This document shows, piece by piece, positions 1 to 12,022 of a stretch of 64,000 nucleotides of DNA. The first letter of the stretch is position 1. Every line of letters starts with the position of its first letter. A model generated the notes under the pieces. It saw only the letters and a program-made list of their open reading frames with translations. It had not been told where the DNA came from and did no database searches. The DNA comes from Callorhinchus milii (Eukaryota), in NCBI RefSeq assembly GCF_018977255.1, contig NW_024704742.1, positions 33,296,001-33,360,000 on the forward strand, given 5' to 3'. The position numbers and the translations under genes are program-made.

Positions 1-229
1 TATGCCAAATATAAGGATTATTATTATTAATATTCATGAATCGTGATGGTAATTCAATGGTGAACAACAGTAAAATATCAGACCTAGTAGGGGATCTATG
101 CAGTATTAAGTGACATCAGGGCTAAAACACTGTATTCGAGGCAGGAATTGCAAACACAAAGAGTCACACCTGCTGATAACTAGGGGTGCCCTGCGCCAAC
201 TTTCACTCGGAGGTAGGTTGCAATGACAA

Positions 230-740
230 CAACAACTTGCATTTATGTAGCATCTTTCACAGAGAACACTTGACAGTGGTGGATCTTGACGCCTAGCCGG
301 GGAAAGAGGGTGGTGACTGTTAGCATGATAGAAGAGGAAGGGATTCAGGTGTGATCTGAAGATGGCAAGAAGGAAACAAAGCAGAGGGATTGAGGCCGAG
401 AGTTCCATAGTTTCAGGTTGTAATAGTGGAAAGCATGGCCACCAATGGTGGAGCGGACAAGGGACGTGCAGAAGGCGGGAGCCAGCTGATCAAAGGTCGG
501 ATTGCGGAGTGGGGAGTATGCCGATTGGAGAAGTAGGGAAATGCCATGGCATGAAGTGATTTGTACACAAGTGTGAGGATCTTGAAATTGATCCATTCTG
601 CAATAGGTAACCAGTGGAGCCTAGTACGGACTGGGGTGAAGGGGGCACAGAGTTTGGTGTGAGTGAGGATACAGGCAGTGGAATTTTGAATTATTTGGAT
701 TTTATGAATGGTGAATCTGTGAAGACTACTGAGGAGGTGT
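230..740 (-). mobile_element. Degraded L2 LINE 3' end
   Basis: gtgaggatcttgaaattgatcc...ccagtggag motif as in the 24974 copy; tail at about 230-260. Confidence 0.7.
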
Positions 741-1061
741 GGATCGATGAAACTATGTTAACTTGAACATTATGCTGTTGTACTGCTATATATTTTGTCT
801 AAAATGAATAATTACTCAACATTTGCACCTGTGAATTTCACTATTAAACTGCATCAAAAATAGGCATTGGACACGATATGAACATTCATGATCTGCGCTG
901 ATTACAGAGGTGGGTTTGATTTGAGAGGAGAGAATTCTAGCCTTCCTTGGAATACACAGATCATTTTTCTTTATAGCTGACATTGCACAATTCAATCTGA
1001 CTGCTTATACATTTCCCCCCCATAAGCAGAAATATTTTCGTAATTTATTAATTGATCCCGT

Positions 1062-1377
1062 TGTGGAGTCCTGTAGTTCAGTGGTTAGAGCACTCGCCTT
1101 GCAAGTGAGAGACCTGGATTCGATTCCTGGCAGGTCGAAACCTTGGGCAAATTTCCTTACTTCACACGCTTGATAATAATCCCTCAACAAAAAAAATAAT
1201 AATAATTTGGTCACTCAATCCACGACTGTTTGTGGTTCACTGCTGTGTGCAATTGGCTGCTGCGTTTCGCCCATAAATATCCAGTCAATTTACTTTACAG
1301 TATATTCTATGAAGCGCTTTGAGACGTCTAGAAGAAGTGAAAAGCGCTATATCAAATGCAAGGATTATTATATTATG
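1062..1377 (+). mobile_element. Young tRNA-derived SINE, full length (tRNA-Ala-like head, L2-type tail, TTA repeat end)
   Basis: A-box-like TAGTTCAGTGG, anticodon arm CTCGC-cttgcaa-GTGAG, B-box-like GATTCGATTCC; similar to five other copies. Confidence 0.9.
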
Positions 1378-1459
1378 TAACCTTGGTTGTGAGCATCAGA
1401 ATTTTTAAAAATGAGTAATGTCTGTGTGTGTCTTGTAATTACTTTAATGTCCTTGATCA

Positions 1460-2170
1460 TGTTTGTTGTAAATGGGTAGAAAGAGGTTGCGTAACCAGAT
1501 GGTCTTTGTATGTAGATGACCCTGCGGGAATGGGAGGAGTGTCACTCGAACCAAGAGAGTGAGGTCCCACTGAGGTGGATGAGGGAGGAAAGGCAGTGGA
1601 GGAAGATGGCGTGATCGACTGTATCGAACGCAGCAGAGAGGTCCGGGAAGACAAGGTGGCAGAGGGAGCCCTGGTCAGAGAGAGAGGCCATAATTTATGA
1701 CTTTAACAAGACGCTGTCTCGTTGCTGTGAGCAGGGCGCAAATTGACTTAAGGAGCTCAAGGAGGGGGTAGAGGGAGAGGTGTGAGCGAAGTTGATTGGC
1801 AACAATCTATTCCAGAACTTTAGCAAGGAAAAACAAGTTGTGAATAGGCCGGTAGTTTCAGGTTAGAGGGATTGAGGATGGGATTTTTGAGGAGTGTGTG
1901 ATGACAGTGGCTTTGAGGGGGAGTGGGAAGGAGCCTGAGGAGAGGAACTGGACAATTGTGTTTACCATCAGGCGGCAAAGGAGGGGGAGTTGGGTGACAG
2001 GCAACTGTTTGGGGGTGAGGCAGTAGATGATGGGCTTCATATGGAGGAAGAGAGGGAGGAAGGAGAAATGGGAGCAAAGGAATGTAGGTTGGGGCAGTGG
2101 TAAGAGAAGTGGTGGAAAGAGTCATTAATGCAGAAAGGGGTCGCTGGGGAAAATAAGGAAGGAAGGGAAG
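1460..2170 (-). mobile_element. Degraded L2 LINE ORF2 fragment
   Basis: SSGSFPLPLKATVIT, NYRPIS-like and DLSAAFDTVDH-like segments with frameshifts. Confidence 0.8.
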
Positions 2171-2494
2171 GCAGCCAAGCAGATGTTATCTGTCTTTGAG
2201 CTTAAGTACTCCAGGACCTCTTTGAATCTGGCATTTGCATGGGAAGAAATTCCGCAGTGTCACAGTTCCAGGCGCTGACAGCAGATCTGAAATTTCACTT
2301 AGTCTTAGTTCGCAAGATAACTTTGTCTTAAAAGTTAATACTGCATAGAAATGTGGAAACAACTTCAATTCGTATTAATTTGGAAGCAGGTTTTCAGAGA
2401 TAAGAGTCGCTATTTGCCACGCCCATCACAAGTATCGTGTTTTAGACTTCATTCACTTCATACTGTGTCAATGGACCAGTAAATCTGATATAAT

Positions 2495-2650
2495 CCACGA
2501 CTGTTTGTGGGATAATGCTGTGCTCAATTGGCTGCCGCATTTCGCCCACAAAATATACAGTCAATTCACAATTCAATTCACTTTATTCTGTGAAGCATTT
2601 TGAGACATCTCGATAAGGCGCTATATCAAATGCAAGGATTATTATTATTA
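2495..2650 (+). mobile_element. 5'-truncated SINE (3' body and tail)
   Basis: gactgtttgtggga...gcgctatatcaaatgcaaggattattatta. Similar fragments at about 1-30, 6540-6655, 40879-41035, 45839-45941, 50180-50310, 57317-57424, 58620-58690. Confidence 0.85.
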
Positions 2651-5600
2651 TACTGTTGTTCATCATTAAACGTAGTTGAAATGTAATCTAAATCTGAGGT
2701 GCTATTTTCTGTTACAGATTATCACTGGTGATAATTATCACATTGTGGTCAAAAAATAGTCAATAAACATCATTCCCCTTCTTGCCTTCTTGTTAGTGAT
2801 AACTATTGACAATTTTGACCACAGTTTCACTCAATGTGGTTACACATGTCACAATTTTGATCCCACACTAGACTCTTAACAATTTGTCAATATGAATCCC
2901 ACTAAACATGCAAAGTGTAGATTAAAATGAGGCACAGATGTTAATTAAAATGTGCGCTTTTTTTCATTTGGCAAAGAGCTGACTTTAAGGAGCTTGCAAT
3001 CCAATTAAAACCCACTCAGACCTAATTTTTATTATCAGGCACATTTTCCAGAACATATTCACAGTTCAAAAGCAAATAATGGAAATCAATCTAGTTTAAT
3101 TATAAACCATACGTTTTACAATAATGAGTTTGGTTACTATGGTATTAAACTGTTTTATGTGGATGAAAAGTGGACTAACCAATGATAATATGTGATTTAG
3201 GTGCACAGAGTCTCATTAGTTTACTGGGAACCCACCATTAAAACTCTTGGCTGACTGTTCCAGACAAGTACCAAACAAGCTGTATGTTCCTTTAACCTAC
3301 TTCTGGGCATTGTAAAATTAATCTACAGGATCATTAATCTGAGAATGCCATTTAGTGGAAGTGAAAATGGAGAGGAAATGTGCAACAGTGATGTCACTGT
3401 CAGAGATAACCTTGAGGAATTTTTTTTTCAATTTTCTTAATGTTTTAAGCACCGTAAATGTAGTATAACACAGCCAAAGCAACAATAAGCTGAGTAATAT
3501 CAGCTACCTTTACCAGCTACATTCTGCCATTGATTCTCAGAAAACATATACCCTTAATTATATTACAAGACTGTACAACACAGCTTTTCTCCCGTGCCAT
3601 ATTCTACTTATACCACAGTTTATGTGTTCAATATTTTCAACTTTTATTAGGTGTCCCCATACTTTACAGCATCCCAGGGCTAGTTGGTAAACTGTTCCTG
3701 GTCTCTGTCAATCCCACTCCGAAGGGTTCTGTAGAATGTGTGGAAGAGAGGTCCAGAGTCACTTCCCCTTCTCCCTCTGAAGTTTGTTCTCACCTGTAGG
3801 GAGGTCATTGGCCTCCGCACAAAACCTCTCCATAATGATATTGTTAATTCACAAGGTCTTCCCATGCCAGTCACTGTCCCTTTTTTGGAAGAGTATGGCA
3901 AGATAAAGTGTTCCCAAGCCTCTTACACAATAAATGCAATTTTCTTCCAGTTGGACTGTCTAATTTTTCTTCCTATGGAGAAGTGGACCAACTCCCCTTA
4001 GTTTTCTTTTCTCTCTCTCTCTCCCCCGGCTCTCCATCCTGTCCATGACTTTGTAGTGTAATTCTGTTTATTCTCAGCATGCTCTACTATCATCCTGTGA
4101 TAACAATTTGTGCCTTTCTCCCCATTGAGATTGTGCATATATTTTTCAACAGTAGAGACTCATTGGTTCCATAACATCCACCCCAGCCATTTTCTTTACG
4201 CGTTTTAGAGCATCTGTTTGATTTTATTTTATTTGCAACAGTTGAAGGATAAAACGATAGTACCTCAATTAAAATGCTATAACAATTACTTAACATTTGG
4301 CCATTTAGTAGACACTTCAGTCTTTGATACGATCATTAATGTGCAGGCATTGTTCAAACTCACAATCACTCATTTTCAGAACATCAACAATCTATAATGA
4401 AAAGGTAACTAAATTAAAGGAGGTATCACACTGACAGTAGATATAAAGCACAGCAAGGCTAATTTCACTACTGCTCAAACTAGCTGTGCCATTGCAGATC
4501 TGAGGAAGCTTTAGATCAAACAAAAGCAATGCAACATACTGTATGGAAGAATTGTTTCCTGAGAGGATTGTGGATAAAAGTGTTCACCTAAAACAGTTAA
4601 GAGTTCAAAGAAAAAAATTATGATTAGAGAGTTGTCATTTAGAATCCAGCACAAAATAATCTTTTGCAATATTAACAAAGAACTCTACAACCGTACCAAA
4701 AAAGCAAAAAAAAACTACCTGCATCTAATTAGAATCTTTGGTCACTACTACAACCGTGCTGGGTAATGGCCTTGGTTTTAAGGTGGGTCAGTTCTCCCCT
4801 TGATGTCACCAGCACATTTTGTTTAATTTAAACATATTTAAAGTGCTGTCAAAAATAGACAATTCTTTCATATTTGAAAGAAATATTGACGAGAGGTCCC
4901 TTATTGCATTGCTTAACCACATTGGCTCAAGCGATAATTGGCAAACAGGTGTAGTAAGAGGTTGTGCAACAGACTTAAGTGAGACAAATCTAAAGAACGA
5001 CCCCAATGTATTTCTGAAACTGTTCCACTGCTCTGTAGAAGGCACGGAAACCAAAACCTGTATCTGATTTGGACTCGCAAAGCCTATTATTCGATCACCG
5101 TATAACAATACACTATAAAATAATTACACCTTTAGCGTTTCAAGTACTCACTAAATGTACAACCTGTGCTCTATTTCTGTCCAGATAAGAAAAGGGTTAG
5201 ACCTAAGATAAATAGGTCAGCTTTGATCAAAGTAAAAATCCTCTTTGTCCACAAAGGTGTGGAAAGCTTTTATGACTGTCACTATAGCAACAGATTGCCT
5301 TTTACCTTTTAAGGAATGAGATCAGCTGCCAACCTGAATGCCAAAGCTAAATTTATTTTGAACAATAAGAGGACAGTCATTAGCTTTTTGAATTTGAAGT
5401 AAAAATTATGAAAAAAAAGTTCAGCTTTGACCATTCGGAGCTGTGTTATTCCAATAAGCTGACACTGCAAAAGCTTCCTGAGGCAAATTGAGTCTTTTCT
5501 GCACCTTCTGCACAATGTGAAGTAACATTTGGAAGCTGTGCAAAAAGAGTTGGTTAATTTATTTTGATGATGTGATAAGTTGCTATATCAAATGCAAGAA

Positions 5601-5843
5601 TTATTATTATTTTTATGTTTTTATGTATCCATGGTGTCAGTTTGTCTGCTTCCCCCTGACCATTTGCTGCGTAAATGCTGGATTTCACTTGTCAGTCTGA
5701 TGAGATTAGGTGTATACATTTTCCAATGTCCAATACGATATGTGGTCAAGTTTCCTTGAGGTCTGGTGGGATAATTGTCACTTAATGTCACTGGACTTTG
5801 CAATCGCCTTTTGGGCATGTGTTTCATTTCCAAGGAGAACTAC

Positions 5844-6156
5844 ATAATAATAATCTTTGCATTTGATATAGCTCTTTTCACGTCTTTTCGACGTCTCAAA
5901 GCATTCACAGAATAGACTGTAAAGTAAATTGACCGTATATTTGTGGGCAAAACGCGGCAGCCAATTGCGCACAGAAGTGTCCCACAAACAGTCATAGATT
6001 GAAAATGACCAATTTATTATTGTTTTGTTTTGGAGGGATTATTATTAGGCGTGTGGAGTAAGGAAACTTGCCCAAGGTTTCGCCCTGCCTGGAATTGAAC
6101 CCAGGTGTCTCGCTTGCAAGGCGAGTGCCCTAACCACTGAGCTACAGGACTCCACA
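5844..6156 (-). mobile_element. Young tRNA-derived SINE, full length
   Basis: Highly similar to copies at 9276, 22145, 40292, 41958. Confidence 0.92.
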
Positions 6157-6169
6157 ATCTCTGCTCCAT

Positions 6170-6522
6170 TAAAGGGGACCCAAAAGTAATGTTTAAAATT
6201 ATGAAAGAATTTGATAAGATGGATGTTAATAGGCTGTTTGCAATTAATGGTGAGTCAAGGGAGCCTAAATATATGATAGCCAGCAGCAGATTTAGGAGTT
6301 TAAGAGGAACTTCTTTAAGCAGAGCATGGGGAGATGTGGAACTCATTACTGGAAGCTGTTGTTGAAGCAAAAACAATGTATTTAAGAGGAAACTTGGCTT
6401 ATATATGAGGATAAAGGGAAGAGAAGTGCTATGAGAGGGGTTTAAGAGGTGGAGGCTCATGTGGAGTATAAACACTGTCACAGACTGGTTGGACCAAATG
6501 ACCTATTTCTGGGCTGTAATTG
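6170..6522 (+). mobile_element. CR1 LINE 3' end
   Basis: FKIMK-like end of ORF2, then gaggctcatgtggagtataaacac...ggaccaaatgacctatttctg 3' UTR. Confidence 0.75.
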
Positions 6523-7036
6523 ATCTAACCACTCACTCTAACCAATAATAAGAATCCTTACATTTGATATAGCGCCTTTCACGTCAGAAGGATGTCTCAA
6601 AATGCTTGAGGATTCACTATAAAGTGTAATGACTGCATATTTTGTAGGTGAAAAANTAATGAAGTAATGAATAATGATGTTAGTTTTAGAAAAAAATGAG
6701 GAATTAAACAAAAAAAATTCAAACAATTTTAGACGTTTTCATTTTCACAAATGAGATGCAATTAATTTTCAAATCTCAACCTGAAAGGAATAATGTAGAA
6801 AAAAATGAAGGGACAGAGAATAAGTCACAGAGAAAGAAGAACATTGAGCTTAATGATTACCAGAAACTAATCAGAAATATCCAGGAACAGAGCGAAATTG
6901 AGTAACAAACAAAGAAAAGATTATTTTTCTTTGGCTTCATTTTTATCCACTCTTTTATAAGACAAATTATTTAATTTTCTTTTGGACGAAGATCACATGT
7001 TGATTACATGTTGCCTGATGGTATTTAGGTACAAAC

Positions 7037-7608
7037 TTAATAATAATCCTTATACTTGGTGTAACGCTTTTCACATGACCAAAGTATTACACTGTTATAG
7101 GATATATTGTAAAGTGTAGTGGCTGTATTTTGTGGGAGCACGCGGCAGCCAATTTGCACACAACATCCCATAAACAGCAATGAATAATTTTTATTTGAGA
7201 GGCGGTTGGCCAGGACACTGGAGAAACTCCCTTTTCGTTTCGAACAGTACCATGGGATCATTAACATCCACCAGAACAGATTGGCAGAGTCTCCCAACAT
7301 GGGACCTGAGTCCACAGCTTTGTGACTCTGAGGTGAGGGTGCTACCAACTGAAGAATCCTTAAAGATCCCACGGCACTATTTAAAAAGAGAAGGGATTTT
7401 CTCCCAGTGTCCAGGCCAACAATCCCCAAATAAAATTGGTCATTCACTTCATGGCTGTTTGTGGGACGTTGCTGTGTGTCTATTGGCTGCCATCTTCACT
7501 CACAAAATACATACATCACATCACTTTATAGTATATCCTGTGCACTTTGAGATCTCTCGATAATGTAATAAGCTGCTGTATAAAATGCAAGGATTATTAT
7601 ATTATTAT
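7037..7608. mobile_element. Two older SINEs head-to-head (7037-7353 minus, 7360-7608 plus)
   Basis: TTA tails point outward; Deu-like core present in both orientations. Confidence 0.8.
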
Positions 7609-8319
7609 GCTGCCAAATGATAAGAAAACAACACTGTATTTATGGAACCAATTCTTAAGTAAGTGAGCAATGGAGCTTACCAAAGGTAAGCAAATTCAGA
7701 CCTGCTTCAATTGAAGCTATTAGCAAAGTCATTATGAATCAATTTACCATTGTTGAGAACCTTTTCGTTATATATATATATACATATACATATATATATA
7801 TTGTAGTACTTTTGATCAATTTTGGAGGATGTAGAGGATGGTTTATGTGGACAGCCAGGCTGAGCAACTTGTTAATACATTCCCTGATCCAGTCAATAAA
7901 CCAGACATTAACTTTTGTCAGATAAGAATATGGCAGTCTGATTACAAGGCAGTGAAAACTCCAGCAAAATGAGTCATAAAAATAATTTGCAAATGTTGTC
8001 TGTCGCAGACATCAGTCACAATGTTACATCGACCCCAAATAATCAACAGAACTAGAGAGCATGTTAACAGATCTGAGTAAAAAAGCTTTCCTCTTTGTTC
8101 GATAGATTCAAGCCGATAAGCAAAGCAACTGTTATTACTGATTTACTGGAAGTCCAAATGTGCGTATGATCTTTAATTGCTGATTACAATCCCCTGTGGC
8201 AGTCTCAATAGGCCAGTTCCTGAGCTAGACTACTCCAGGGCACTGCTGACAACCATCTAGCCTGTCTGGCTCATCAGCAGGACTCGGAGGGGCAGACTCG
8301 TCACTGGTAGCATGGACTC

Positions 8320-8713
8320 TTTCCACTCATCTCCGGTCTGCTCCACGTCCCCCGCCCCAACCGCCCTACTATCGGTGGTCGGGCCTTCAGCCTCTCAGCC
8401 CCGAGGCTCTGGAACTCCATCCCCCAGTGCCTTCGCCTTGCTTCCTCCCTTTCCTCCTTCAAGGCCGGTCTCAAAACCTTTCTCTTTGACCGTGCCTTCG
8501 TCTCCCCTCTCGACTCTCTTCCTCCTCCTCGCTCCCTCCCTTCCCTCCCCTCACCCTGACCATTTCCCCCTCCTCTCTCCCTCCCTTCCCTCCCCTCACC
8601 CTGACCATTTCCCCCCTGCTCGGGTCATGACCCAACTGTGCAGCGCCTTGGGACGTCCTCCTGACGTGAAAGGCGCTCTATAAATGGAATCTTGTTGTTG
8701 TTGTTGTTGTTGT
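8320..8713 (+). mobile_element. L2 LINE 3' end with TTG tail and an internal 45-bp tandem duplication
   Basis: gggccttcagc...ctctggaactcc...gcgccttgggacgtcctcctgacgtgaaaggcgctctataaatg(ttg)n. Confidence 0.88.
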
Positions 8714-9275
8714 TAATATTGCAAGCCAAAGCTAATGGATAGGGTGATCCCAGCTGGACAAGTAGTAGGAAGCTTGCCCAACAGTGCTCTCAGTGGCAAG
8801 CTATGCGGATTCCACTGGTTAAACTCAAGCAGTATCCCCACTATAATATGGTTGAAAAACATTCAAGAAAGCCATATTGTTTCTGGAACCTTGCGGAAGG
8901 AAAAGCACCTTGTGACATAAACCATGTCTCATGTAGAGAAGCTCATGAACATCACACCAACTCATGGCTTGAATTGATATCGGTTCTAAGCAAAGATATC
9001 TCGAACAATTTGCTGCAGTTTGTCACAAAGTGCGTTTTCCAGTGTTGAGACATGACCAATATTACCCTTTTCAAGTAGAGCACTTTTTCAACCCCAATTT
9101 TTTCCCAGTCAGACTTCTGGTGCCTAAGATTCTTAAAAATGTAATTGCGCCAGTATAATACCTAAATTCAAACGTCAAAGTTTGCTAGATTCTCCCAACA
9201 ATTGAAGGCATTCTGCCCAAATTGCCTATTCTACTCTACAGAAAGAATGTTGCCCCATCTTACCCTGTACCAGTT

Positions 9276-9593
9276 ATAATAATAATCCTTGCATTTGATA
9301 TAGTGCTTTTCATGTCGGGAGGATGTCCCAAAGCGCTTCACAGAACACACTGTAAAGTGAATTGACTGTATATTTGTGGGCGAACGCGGCAGCCAATTAC
9401 GCACAGCAATGTCCTACAAGCAGTCGTAGATTGAAAATGACCAATTTTATTATTGTTTTTGTTTTTTTGGAGGGATTATTATTAGGCGTGTGGAGTAAGG
9501 AAACTTGCCCAAGGTTTCGCCCTGCCTGGAATTGAACTCAGGTCACTCGCTTGCAAAGCGAGTGCTCTAACCACTGAGCTACAGGACTCCACA
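9276..9593 (-). mobile_element. Young tRNA-derived SINE, full length
   Basis: Same family; CAGTT present on both flanks. Confidence 0.92.
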
Positions 9594-11949
9594 GTTCTGA
9601 AGTAGGGCCTGGTAATATCAGAGTTTGATATTCAAGCACTTTCAACCTCCTATTAGGACGAAAATCTCTATGAGTGCAGCAAACAAAATTTGCCGATCAT
9701 GTTTTTAAAGCCAACAAATATTTATTGAGGCCCAAAGGAATTTAGTGGCAGAAAAATACTGGAAAGCGTTTTGTTTCATCGCTTCTGAAGATTCATTCTA
9801 AAACTAAAAGAAAAACAATCAGCCACAAACTCACAGGTGCTGTGTTGATTCTGTAAACTCCCTGAGTGAATCCTCATTCTACATGGCCCTACAGTGACTT
9901 ACATCCATATTACACTCTACTGGCTTTTAAGTTTACTGTAGTGATTAGAATCCATGTTGTGAATCTGTGCTCTATAATTCACTGCAGTGATTTAAATCCA
10001 TCTTGTGAATCCATGCTCTACAGTTCACCACTGCAATTTACATCTATGTTACAAATATCGCCTGAAGTGAAACCTTATTCAGTATCTCAATTAATTATTT
10101 CTTTCCAATGAATTGTCCTGAGGTTATTGCAGAAGCTAACAATACCAATTGGAAACATCTCTGTGGCCGAGAAATATGCCATAAACTAATTTATATTGAG
10201 AACCAAAACTGAATTGAGACCACCCTGCTTGTTTACATAGTGTCACTCAGTGACCTTTTTTTTGAGTTATCCATGTACTTTGGCTCAAATTATACATGAA
10301 GTGGGTCTATTTGGATTTAGAGAAGGCACAGAGGTAATTGTGTTCAATAATATCAGTGATTAAAGGAAAAATAACATTGAATGAGAGACATTAATTTGGC
10401 CCATCAAGCTGGCTCCCTTCATAGACCACACAAGACCACACAACCTGTGTCTTCAGTCTCATGCATTAATGTTCTTGATCCCAGAAGCAATCAAGCAAGA
10501 CTCTAAAAACATTCACTCACTCCCCATCGCAAACATCACCCTATTCAGCCTATTCTATCCTATTTTCTTCCATTTGTAATAATCCACTCCGCCTCTATTC
10601 CGAGGCTTCCAGGAGGTAGCTCATGAGGTCCTGTGGAGTATTACCTCCTCTGAATCTCTAACTAACCTGACAATCTCCAATGCTGTTGCCAACCTATCCT
10701 TGAGATAAGAAAATAAAAATGTTGGTATCTACAATAAATTCAGAAAATACTGGAAGTTGCACAGCAGCTAAATCTGTAAGAGAAAGATAAGTCAATGCCT
10801 TAGCCTTGATCCCTTGTCATATTAGTTGGATTTAGAAGGACCAGCCCGTGAAAACAACAGTATGAGGTAAAAAAATAAACACATCAAATACACATGTGAA
10901 CAGGCAGCTGATGGGCTCACCATTGCTACGTTGTGCAATTCAGCAAAATATATTGAAAGATCCTTTAGGTAAGACAAAGGCAAGCACGACTGTAGTACTA
11001 AAGCTTGATATAAAAGGACAAAAACATTGAAAGCTAGAACACTGCCCTTTTCTAAATGCTTTGTTCTTGTGTTCTGGTCTACTTTGATTTGCCTGCCCTT
11101 TAAGGGTTTCCTCCAAGCTACTGGTTCCAAGACTGATGTGGAGACAAAACCTGAGGTTAAACTATCGATCCGGATCAGATTCTGATTGACTTGTTGTGCA
11201 TTTCCTGTCTTTTATTTCGGATTCCATTACCCTCCGTAGTTTTAAATTCTGATGGAGGACATGGTCATGGTGTGTGGGCTACAGGCCGAGTGCGTGGTTC
11301 TCATCCATTTTATTGTTCTGTCTCATAGGCCAGTGCACAAGCAGGAGTGACAAGTGGCACTTTTCAGATCAAAGACTGCCATGAAAGCTGTAATCTCTGT
11401 ACTAGTCTCCTCATGAATGCAGTGTGATGTGGGCTTTTACTTCTCCTTGAACCCACAACAGTAATTTGATTCCAGGTACCTCCTGTAACCATTATCAATT
11501 TCTCCTCTGAAACCTATTCAGCGCTCATCAGTTATAGAATAGGCAAAGTACCCTTTAAAAATGATCGAAGCTACAGGACGAAATGACTCAGCACAACTTG
11601 TCCATTACAAATAAAATATCATGCATTAAAAGCCGAACAAGCATAGATCAACAGAAGACATAGCACCTGACCCAACAGATTGTCCATATAGACAGTTCTT
11701 TCTATTTGTCACCTTCACATTGAGCACAAAATACAAAGCAATTCATTTATGTATGCCACCGAATAATACCGTCTGACATTTTAGTCCTGGGATTTATATT
11801 CTTGTGGTTCATTGTATTTTTAAAAATAAAAGCTTAGCATCATATTGAGGAACAGGAATGACTATTTCTCAGTATATTTGATGAGCTAGTAAGCCATACA
11901 GTACAATATATCATACACAGGACACATTGAAGGAAAAATCATTTCTCAC

Positions 11950-12022
11950 CTTCTTCGTCTGAGACATCCAGGATCTCGGTCATTGTCTCGGGTACGTTCA
12001 GCTTGTGTTTCTCAGTCACAGT
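11950..12022 (-). CDS. ANK2: ANK2 exon, 73 nt, [24 protein letters not shown](G), linker after the membrane-binding domain
   Basis: cag acceptor, AAG|gtgaga donor, ends in phase 1; not in the ORF track. Confidence 0.94.

Noticed and set aside
1065..1135. tRNA-Ala-like sequences
   Set aside because: They are SINE heads, always followed by the SINE body, with no complete acceptor stem
5058..5112. 55-nt segment bounded by ttttatag and CAG|gttttg on the gene strand
   Set aside because: Length is not a multiple of 3, there are in-frame stops in phase 1, and the donor is weak; no support as a coding exon
8241..8290. CUGAUGAG hammerhead-like motif on the minus strand of the unnamed repeat (also near 13075 and 54720)
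   Set aside because: No GAAA follows stem II in any copy; the motif is one arm of a simple hairpin
1..11949. Expected downstream ANK2 exon (GDDTMTGDGG-type)
   Set aside because: Not found by eye; presumably beyond the window start, or in a possible gap at 6656
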